This document shows, piece after piece, positions 53,944 through 64,000 of a stretch of DNA of 64,000 nt. Each line of letters opens with the position of its first letter. Position 1 is the stretch's first letter. The translations under genes were made by a program, and so were the position numbers. The stretch lies in the NCBI GenBank assembly GCA_964016885.1, contig CAXHJY010000437.1, forward strand, positions 62,001 to 126,000, in the 5' to 3' direction. Source of the DNA: Eledone cirrhosa. Its lineage: Eukaryota. A model generated the notes under the pieces. The model saw only the letters and a list, made by a program, of their open reading frames with translations. It had not been told where the DNA came from and did no database searches.

Positions 53944-54189
53944 CATACATATATATATACATATATATATATACATACATATATATATATATATACATAC
54001 ATATATATATATACATACATATATATATATATACATACATATATATATGTAGAGAAATCTACCAAGAGTTTACGGTAGTGTCCAATCCGTATGAAGAACT
54101 CAATGTAATCCGGATATCATGGAAAGAAGAGATGCAATGAAAAATCACTTTCGGTGAAAGATAAACGGAATACAGAGTCAAGATAAAAT

Positions 54190-54383
54190 ATTAAAAAAAT
54201 AATGAATAAAACAATGAAACAGTTCCTTATATTAAACAAAAAAAGTTCATTATTTAACGATCGTTTCTAGGATATATATGTGTTAGAATTGGCATGCATA
54301 TTCAACAGATCTATGTACAAAATTATACAAAATTATACAAACTATCAAAATTAAATATACATACCAAACACATATTTATGCCG
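54190..54383 (-). mobile_element. Naiad-like element 2 pLTR fragment (3' half of the hammerhead)
   Basis: Similar to 21365-21528; keeps GAAACGATCGTTAAATAATG but is cut by microsatellite before CTGAAGA. Confidence 0.82.
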
Positions 54384-54414
54384 TATGTATATATATATAT
54401 TCATATATATATAC

Positions 54415-54485
<71 letters not shown>

Positions 54486-54548
54486 CGTATATATATATAT
54501 ATATACATATATATACATATATATATATATACATATATATATAAATAC

Positions 54549-54809
<261 letters not shown>

Positions 54810-54834
54810 CATATATATATATCTATATATATAC

Positions 54835-54930
<96 letters not shown>

Positions 54931-54932
<2 letters not shown>

Positions 54933-55260
54933 CATCATCATCATCATCATCACCGTTTTACGTCCGTTCTTCCACGCTAGCATGGGTTAGACGGGTTGTC
55001 CTGTTGTGTGCAGTGTCTGGTCGGCTGACCATGCCTTGCTCATACAGGAACTGATCTGGCTTGATTTCTACAGCTGGATGCCCTTCCTAACACCAACCTC
55101 ATTTACAGTGAGTGCTGGGTGCTTTTTCGTGGCGCCTACACGTCCACTTTACAGTGTGGGCTGGGTGCTTTTTTGCCGTGGCACCTCCACGACCACCTTG
55201 CGGTGGGGGCATATTGTTTATATGCTTCAGCATGTACCCATGGGAGGTCGGGTACTCTGT
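54931..55260 (-). mobile_element. RTE family B 3' end
   Basis: TRPPMGTC* plus 3' UTR and tail. Confidence 0.92.
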
Positions 55261-55284
55261 ATTAATATATATATATATTCATAC

Positions 55285-55355
<71 letters not shown>

Positions 55356-55356
55356 C

Positions 55357-55387
<31 letters not shown>

Positions 55388-55420
55388 CATATATACATAC
55401 ATATATATATATACATATAT

Positions 55421-58102
55421 ACTTACAGATAGTAAGGAAGAGCAATTAGAGTCGTATAATATAGAGGAACAGTGGGAATTCCTGAAAGCTAACCTGCTGA
55501 AGGCGACAAATTAAACCTGTGGCTGGAGCAAACCTATAGGCAGGAGGAGAGGTCAATGTGGAGGGGTCAATCAAGGCCAAAAAGCGGGCTTGGAAAACAT
55601 GGCGGGATGGGGAAAGTAGAGAAGACTATCAAGTGGCCAGGAGGGAAGCTAGGAGACAAGTGTACTTCGCAAGAAGGGAAGCAGAGGAAAGAAAGTTCAA
55701 GCATGTTCTACAACCCGAGGACCAAAAAGGTGAGGTGTTCAGGATTGCTAGGCAATGTGTCAAGGAAAACAGTGATATTGTCGGGGAGAAGTGTGTACTT
55801 AACGATGATGGCATACTTGCCATCACTGACGCTGATAAGAAGATAGCTTGGAAGTGTCACTACGAAAGGCTACTAAATGAGGAGAATAATTGGGAGAAAG
55901 ACAGTCTCCCCCACATCGACCCAATAGAGGGACCAGCAGTGCAAGTTGAAGGTAGTATAATAAGTAAGGCAATCAAAGACATGAAGACAGGCAAGGCGGC
56001 CGCGCCTTCGGAAATAGTTGCTGAAATGCTGAAAGCATGTGGAACGGTGGGACACACTATGGTCACTTGGATAGTAAACCAAGTCATAAAGAATGGGGTC
56101 GTTCCAAAGGACAGGCGCAGCAGCATCATCATTAACTGCTACAAGGCTAAAGGTGATGCCCTAGATAGGGGAAACTATAGAGGCATTAAATTAATTGACC
56201 AGGTCATGAAGGTCACAGAAAAAGTAATAGCGCAACTAATCAGAGAACGAATTGATCTAGACGAAATGCAGTTCGGGTTTTTGTCAGGTAAAAGTACAAC
56301 AGATGCTCTCTTCATTGTACGATAACTACAGGAGAAGTACCTAGCTATAAGTAAACCCCTATACTTAGCCTTTGTTGACTTGGAGAAAGCCTTTGACTGA
56401 GTACCCCACTCGATTATCTGGTGGGCCCTTAGAAAACTAGGTGTTGATGAATGGCTTGTGAGAGCTATACAAGCCATATATAAAGAAACAGTCAGCAACG
56501 TTAGAATTAACAACGAATATAGTGAAGAGTTTAGCGTAAAAGTTGGTGTTCATCAGGGCTCCGTCCTTAGCCCCCTACTATTTATTATTGCCCTTCACGC
56601 TATAACAGAGGAGTTCAAGACCGGCTGCCACCGGGGAACTCCTATATGCTCATAGCTGAATCAATGGCGGACCTAGAGAAGAAATTCCAAACATGGAAGC
56701 ATGGCCTAAAATCAAAATGCCTTAAAGTTAACTTGTCTAAGACTAAAGTTCTAGTTTGTAGCAAGGAAAATAGGGCACCGGACCTATCTGGGAAATGGCC
56801 ATGCTCAGTGTGTAGGAAAGTAGTAGGCAGAAACTCCATTTTATGTCCCAAATGCAAAGTATAGGTGCATAAAATATGTAGTGGGATCACAGGTAAACTA
56901 ACTAAGAATATAGATTTTATATGTGGCCGGTGCTCTGGTGCAATAAGTAGCAGCAAGTTCCCACAGAATACTAGCTCATTCCATTGCACAGATGGTTCTA
57001 TAGAAATAGTGGACAGCTTCCGTTACCTGGGTGACAAAATCAGCAGTGGGGGAGGGTTCTCTGAAAGTACAGTAGCTAGAGTCAGAATGGGATGGAAAAA
57101 GTTCAGAGAGCTTATACCACTATTGGCCGCTAAAGGGTTCTCTCTAAAAATGAAAGGCAGGCTGTATGATGCCTGCATACGAACAGCAATGTTACATCGC
57201 AGTGAGACCTGGGCATTGTGTGCAGAGGTTATACGCAAACTGGAGAGGAACGAAGCTTGCATGCTCCGCTGGATGTGTAATAGTAATATACGTGAACGGC
57301 AAAGCATAAACGAACTAAGGGAGAAATTAGGAATAAGAGGGATCAGATGTTGTTTACTCGAGAGAAGACTACGTTGGTACGGTCACGTGATGCGCATGAA
57401 AGACGACAGCTGTATAAAAAAGTGCAGGGCGATAAAAATAGACGGTAGCCACGGAGTAGGCAGACCCAGAAAAACCTGGGACAACTTGATAAATTCCGAC
57501 CTCACACACTTACACCTCTCCAAGACAATGTCACTGGACCGAGATCTTTGGTGCTACACAGTTATACAGAAGACCCGCCTTGCCTAAGTACAAAGCGAAA
57601 CCTAGTCAGTAGGCACCTCTAACAAAATACACCCCCTTCCCACTAACCACACCCCATCCACACCACCCCCTTAAATGTGAAGTTATGTTGGTACCACAAC
57701 ATCCAGTCCGAAATAAATAAGGTCGTGTAGGTGTCACGACAAAAAAACACACAGTCCACGCTGTAATGTGGCCGTGTAGGTAACACAGTAAAAACCTCCC
57801 AGTACACACTGTAAACTTGGTTGGTGTTGGGAAGGGCACCCACCCGTAGAAAACCCGTCAGACGTGTAGGTGTCACGACAATAAAACACACAGTCCATGC
57901 TGTAATGTGGCCGTGTAGGTAACACGGTAAAAACCTCCCAGTCCACACTGTAAACTTGGTTGGTGTTAGGAAGGGCATCCAGCCGTAGAAAACCCGCCAG
58001 ACAGTCCTGAGCAAGACAACCAATCTTGCCTCAAGTGGGACAATTCCCGTCCAGACCCATGCTAGCGTGGAAAATGGACGTTAAACGACGATGATGATGA
58101 TG
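55421..58102 (+). mobile_element. RTE family A-like, 5'-truncated, multiple stops/frameshifts; ~139-bp tandem duplication in the 3' UTR (57724-58001)
   Basis: ORF pieces 55558-56325, 56458-56864 and 56865-57587; YADD motif deleted near 56645. Confidence 0.93.
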
Positions 58103-58256
58103 ATATATATATATATATATACATATATACATATATATATATACATATATACATATATATATATATACATATATATACATATATTCATTTCATTCATTCA
58201 TTTCATTTTACGTCCGCTTTTCCCTGCTTGCAATATATATACATATATATATATAC

Positions 58257-58292
<36 letters not shown>

Positions 58293-58294
58293 GC

Positions 58295-58334
<40 letters not shown>

Positions 58335-58340
58335 GTATAC

Positions 58341-58391
<51 letters not shown>

Positions 58392-58592
58392 CATATATAT
58401 ATATACATATATATACATATATATACATATATATATAGAGAGAGAGAGAAGTAAACTGCACTGATGAAGGGTAATCACCCAGAAACAGTGCCTGCATGCC
58501 AACACTAGAGCAAGAATGAGAGGCTCATTCTACTGACATGGCTTAAAAGAGATAACTATTTGTTATATATATATATATAATACATATATATA

Positions 58593-58904
58593 TCATCATC
58601 ATCATTTCATTTTACGTCCGCTTTTCCCTGCTTGCAAGGGTGGGACGGGAACTGATTCTGGCTTGATTTCTGCACCAACCTAACACCAACCTCATTTACA
58701 GTGAGTGCTGGGTGCTTTTTTGCCATGGCACCTCCACGACCACTTTGCAGTGGAATGATAGGGACCCTAGTCCTATCAGTAAACTGGAGCAATGTAAAAT
58801 AAAGTGTCTTGCTCAAGGAAACAACACATTACCCGGTCTGAGAATTGAACTCACAACCTTTCGATTGCAAGGCCAATACTCTAACCACTAAGCCATGTGC
58901 CTCC
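58593..58904 (-). mobile_element. CORE-like tRNA SINE family 1
   Basis: Reverse-complement match to 32835-33208 with deletions. Confidence 0.86.
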
Positions 58905-60044
58905 ATATATATATAAAATATTGGGTATGAATTGAAGTTGCAGGAGAAATATAGCAGATACTAATTGAATTGTTTGAGGTGGTTACACAGCACTCAATGG
59001 AGTGAAAATTTAATACATTTTCAACCAGAGCATACACAAAGTTAAGAAAGTGTGACTCCAAGAAAAGCAACCAAAAGTAGTGGCCATACTTATACTACAA
59101 ATAGGTTGAAGACTAACCTGGATCATCTCATCACATGTCACCTTAGACAAGTGATTTTAACTATGGCCTCAAACTAATCTATGTCAGTGAATTTGTGTGT
59201 GTGTGTGTATATATATATATATGTATATATACTCATACAAACTAGATGTATGAAAGAGACTTTTTCGTATATTGTTTAAATTTGTATAAATTATGCTCAG
59301 AGCTTAATGTTCATTGAGCTTTCTTTGTTCAGTAACCTACTCAATATACATCATACATGTATAGATTTAACCTAATAATAGTATATATATGTGTGTGTAT
59401 ATGTATTTGTGTGTATGTGTATGTATGATAGTTGCGACAACCATCATATTCACTCCATTTATGAAGTCTGCAGTGACAGTTGTTTATGTCCACCTTAAAC
59501 AATACTTTCTGTAACATTTAGCAATTCAACACTGCCCCAGTGGCATTTATGTATTTGCTGGTGTCATAAAAGGCATTCAGCCATAAAAATCCTGCCAAGA
59601 AATGCTGTCATCCAACCCATGCAAGCGTGGAAAAATAGACATAAAAATGATGATATATGCCAATAGGTGTTTCAATATATATAAACACATATACATACAT
59701 ATATGCATGCATACACACATATATATGTAAAACATTTCAGAAATTCAGCATGAATGACTGCATATACATATGTATAGACACAGAAACATATGTATGTGTA
59801 CATATAACTGAAAACATACACAAGAGATGATGGCAATTTCCTTTCTTTACAGCCTTGCCTCTAGGAAGGTGGCCAGTCAAAAATGTACTCAAAATTAAGA
59901 GAATGAGAGAACACACACATACATACAACAGTTTCAATGAATAATATTAGTGATATGTACATAAATGTTAATTATATGATGCTATGATAACTACATGAAA
60001 CAGTGTAAATAAAAGGATACCTATTCTATCAGCTGTTTGAAATA

Positions 60045-60645
60045 ATAATTGTTTCTATTTTAGGCACAAGGCCAGCAATTACCCAGTGCATTACTGGTAC
60101 TTTATTTTATCAACCCCGTAAGGATGAAAGGCAAAATTAACCTCGGCAGGATTTGAACTCAGTCCGTAAAGGGACGTAACTCTATGCTGCAAAGCATGGC
60201 GTCCGACGTTCTACCGATACTGCCAATCCACCACCAGCTGTTTGAAATAATAATTGTTTCTACTTTAGGCACAAGGCCAGCAATTACCCAGTACATTACT
60301 GGTACTTTATTTTATCGACCCCGTAAGGATGAAAGGCAAAGTTAACCTCGACGGGATTTGAACTCAGACCGTAAAGGGACGTAACTATGCTGGAAAGCAT
60401 GGCGTCTGACTCTCTACCGATACTGCCAATCCACCGCTGTTTGAAATAATAATGATTTCTAATTTAGGCAGCAATTTAATGAAAGGGATAAGTGAATTAA
60501 ATCAACAGTGCTTTGTTTTATCGATCCCCTGAAGGATGAAAAGCAGAGTTGACTTTGAAAGTATTTGAACTCAGAACATGAATAGATGAAAGAAATACTC
60601 CAAAGTATTCCTTTTGACACTAACAAATCGACCAATCTGCCACCC
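60045..60645 (-). mobile_element. Tandem SINE family 2 copies (60045-60233, 60247-60436, older 60445-60645)
   Basis: Three units, each preceded by GCTGTTTGAAATAATAAT. Confidence 0.88.
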
Positions 60646-61089
60646 TCTCTTTAAAATAATAATAGATGCATGATATATATCAAAACCTGCTTCATTTCTT
60701 CACACAGATTAGATGTGTGTGTGTGTGGGGGGGGGGGGGGGATTAGGCCTATTCAAGGCCTGATATAAAGTTATACAGACCTTCATGATTCCTGAAATTA
60801 GCCAGCACTACACCTGATATCCCCTCTCCATACATACCATACACACATGTATATCATGAGTCATACACTGTTCACTTTCCTGACACTTGTACATTATTCT
60901 ATGCATTATACATGCACCTTTGATGAATTGTGGTGCACCTTAACACTGTACACAATAATTTCCTTATTATTATTATGCAAACAAAAAAATACAATATTAC
61001 ACCAGGTCCAAACACAAAAAAACTCCCACTGCCTCTGTTTTTCCTGCTCTACCCTTAACTCACTATTGTGTACAAATGGGAGCCCCCAC

Positions 61090-61285
61090 AGCTCCAGCGG
61101 ACAGAATAGAGAAGGCATTTCCCCGGAGGATGGTAAGGGAGAAACGCTGGAAGAGTCATTCCAGCTTGCAAGGCTCACACCTGTAGGTAGCCAACTCTGT
61201 GCTGATGGTGGTGAGCAGGGAGGTGGTCCTATGGCCAAGGGCACCAGAAGTTTCCACTGCCACAGGCTCAACCACAAACCTGCCA
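61090..61285 (-). pseudogene. CRE-clade non-LTR retrotransposon restriction-like endonuclease C-terminal remnant
   Basis: - strand reads FVVEPVAVETSGALG...EP..LE*LFQRFSLTILRGNAFSIL, matching the P.AVET.G...FQR.S...RGNA signature. Confidence 0.75.
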
Positions 61286-61844
61286 GAGAGCAACCGATAT
61301 CTGTTGTTGTTGTTTAGTCCAAGCCATCAGTGATCTAGCCTACTTATAATTAAGGGTGCTTCAGCCATGGTGATTCTGTATTTGGTATTTCAGTTGCTAC
61401 ATTGTCCAAGATTTCTTCATTTAAGAATGTAGTTTATGAATTGAAAGAAATTTGGCTAGTATTTCTAGCAAATTGAATAGCTGCATAGAGGCTTCTTCAT
61501 TGTCTTTAAAAGAAAAAGAGAAAATCTTGAAGATGTACTTGTTTGGCAAGTGACTTACAGAAACTGAAACAATTTCATTATAGAAAACCCATTTTCTTCA
61601 TTTAAGATTATACAAAAAATACTGTTATATTTATTTTTTGTTTATTTATTGAAGTGTAAAAATGTTCTTCCCACTTCTAAGGCCTGGTAACTGATGCAAT
61701 GATCTATCATATGTTTGATTGAAGGGTTATTTTGGAGTCCAAATTAACCATTAAGCAAACTAAGTAATGCTTAAGGCATCAATGAAGAAAGGCACCATTT
61801 TATTCAAATCAAATGTATTTGTAATCTGAGTTTTTCAAATATTA

Positions 61845-62010
61845 ATAATTGTTTCTACTTTAGGCACAAGGCCAGCAATTACCCAGTGCATTACTGGTAC
61901 TTTATTTTATCGACCCCGTAAGGATGAAAGGCAAAGTCAACCTCGGCGGGATTTGAACTCAGATCGTAAATGGACGTAACTATGCTGGAAAGCATGGCGT
62001 CCGACCCTCT
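61845..62010 (-). mobile_element. SINE family 2
   Basis: Matches 60247-60415. Confidence 0.87.
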
Positions 62011-64000
62011 AATAACATTCGATTTGTTTGCAATTATGCAAACAAGCCTCATTTTTAAAGCTATGTCAGTAGAATGAACCCTTCATTCTTGCTCTTGTGT
62101 TGGCATCCCCATAAAAGACGTTTTTGCAGAGTTTATATTATATGGAGCACCATATTCTTTTCAGCGTTTTTGGTCTTGGTTATTATTAATAGTTATGTTC
62201 AAGTTATTTAATTAAAGAACAAGACCAATAGAACACATTTCAGTTGCACAGAGTTTGAATTTAAAACAGTAAGGTACAAAATTAGTAAAATTACAAATAC
62301 AAAAGTTGAGATCTATTAGTGTGCTGTAATGTGATACTTGCCAATACAAATTATTTCAAGTCTTTGAGTTAACAAGGTCGCTTCGACATGGTCATTTAGC
62401 CTGCTATAAAAACCAAGTTTCATTAAATGTTACTCTGCTGTTTCATACAAACTAATAGCTTTGTCTTTAAAAAAATGAAGATTTATAATATTGCAGTAAG
62501 TCATGCAGCTGTTTCATGATTGAAGAAAGCAGCATAATGAATGGTGTTATCTCCAAAACTGGAATGAGATATGTCCTAAAAGAGCCATTTCACTTCAAAA
62601 GAAACATTCTTATGGATAGCCATCTCTTTTGATAATGTAGTATTAGATATATGATGGCTAAATATAGACAGGATGGTTAGGCTTGGGTTGTTTTTCATCA
62701 TAGATTTACTTGATCAAAGCTCACCTAGGGCTAAACAACTACAAAGAAAAACAACTTCAAGTGTTAAATATTAGTGATAGGACTCCTGAAACGTTTTCAT
62801 ATAAGTACATATAAGTAATATCTTATAAATACACCCTCTTCATTCTATGAAGTAGTAGTGCTGGTGCCACGATAAGATGCACCCAGTAAAGTCATTGGCA
62901 TTAGGAAGGACATCCAACCATAGAAACCAAGCTAGATATGGAACATATGAGCAAGGTATGGTTCACCAAACATTATAGTCTTTGGCTATGATGACCTGTC
63001 CAACCCATACCAGCATGGGAAATGGACATAAAACAATAAGGATGATGATGATGTACAAGTATATAAAAAAAAAGACCACTCAATAATGTTTAATATTTTT
63101 TAGTGATCTTGAATTTTAATAAAATGCCAAACTAAACATTAGTAAAGATCCTTTAAAAACATCTTCAACATGCAGAAACACAAAGCACAGTGATGAGATT
63201 GACAGGGAGTAACATTCAAAGTAAACAATAAAACTTCTGTTTCACAGCCATCTCCATTTTTAAACTCTTTCAACTCAACCATTAATCACCTACCAAATAA
63301 ACAACAAAAATAGGAAAAAAATATAACATCATGCAATTGTTCTATCTTTTCATTTAACTTTCCATGTGGCAATAGGATTTCTATGATCCTTTATAAGATT
63401 TAATAATTGTTATCAGATAATATTGAAATCACTTGGGAAAATTGATTCCATATCCTGTCAGAAAGTAGAGACAATACTCTGGGTCAATTTCTTTGTTCAT
63501 ACATTTATTCTTAACTTTCTCTGCAAGCTTACATTTTAATATATCTTTCTTTCACACTATTTTAAATTTTCTTTCATTCATTCTGACATTAATCAGAATA
63601 TATTGTTTTGTTATTTGGTTATTTTTTTTCCATAAGAGTTTTCAAGCTATGATATTATTTTATTGATATTTTTCAAACTGATTTTATGTTGGTTTTTTCC
63701 TGACTAAAAATATAATTCCTGATTAAAAATATAATACTCAAATGCTGATAGTCATCATTTTTATTTTTTTATTTATTTATTTATTTATTTATTTTCTATA
63801 AATTTCATTAATATATTTAGAATCCTTCTTTACCTTCTTTTACTGTCTTCAAGTGTCATCTCCACTTAGTCAATTATTCTGAAGGATGAGAAAGTTTGAA
63901 ATCATATCAAGAGCTTTTTACACATCTGTACATGATTTTCATTTTTCCCCCTCTTTACTTCTCACACTTCTACTGCTTACTTTTTCCTTCTCTCACTCAT

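Noticed and set aside
61064-61279. Host gene exon (AG...GT, 216 bp) or the 123-/156-aa ORFs
   Set aside because: Better explained as a CRE-type retrotransposon remnant with a stop in the conserved frame; no partner exons seen.
63150-63620. Possible old L1/Tx1 relic
   Set aside because: Only a compositional impression; no readable motif.

Overview
Animal genomic DNA with no recognisable host exon. The SINE/RTE repertoire and (TA)n load suggest an octopus or other coleoid cephalopod (inference). The window is a dense nest of retroelements sitting in (TA)n/(TATG)n microsatellite arrays. (1) Three related RTE-clade LINE families (here A, B, C; about 20 copies or fragments), with one intact ~1037-aa APE-RT ORF and a C4HC3 PHD-type finger inserted in the RT C-terminal part. 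(2) An intact CR1/L2-group ORF2 plus the 3' end of a second copy. (3) Five different Penelope-like elements (two Naiad-like), four with inverted pseudo-LTRs, one of them a 336-bp near-perfect palindrome; each carries a type I hammerhead ribozyme or a degenerate version. (4) Two tRNA-derived SINE families, a hAT MITE with an 8-bp TSD and a CRE-like remnant. (5) The most unusual element: six copies of a ~610-bp non-autonomous retroelement with a candidate HDV-like ribozyme fold at its exact 5' end, a 35-codon C2H2 zinc-finger micro-ORF in strong Kozak context and a 3' hairpin. Most long ORFs in the track (YIYI...) are microsatellite artefacts. Coordinates were read by eye and may be off by a few bases.
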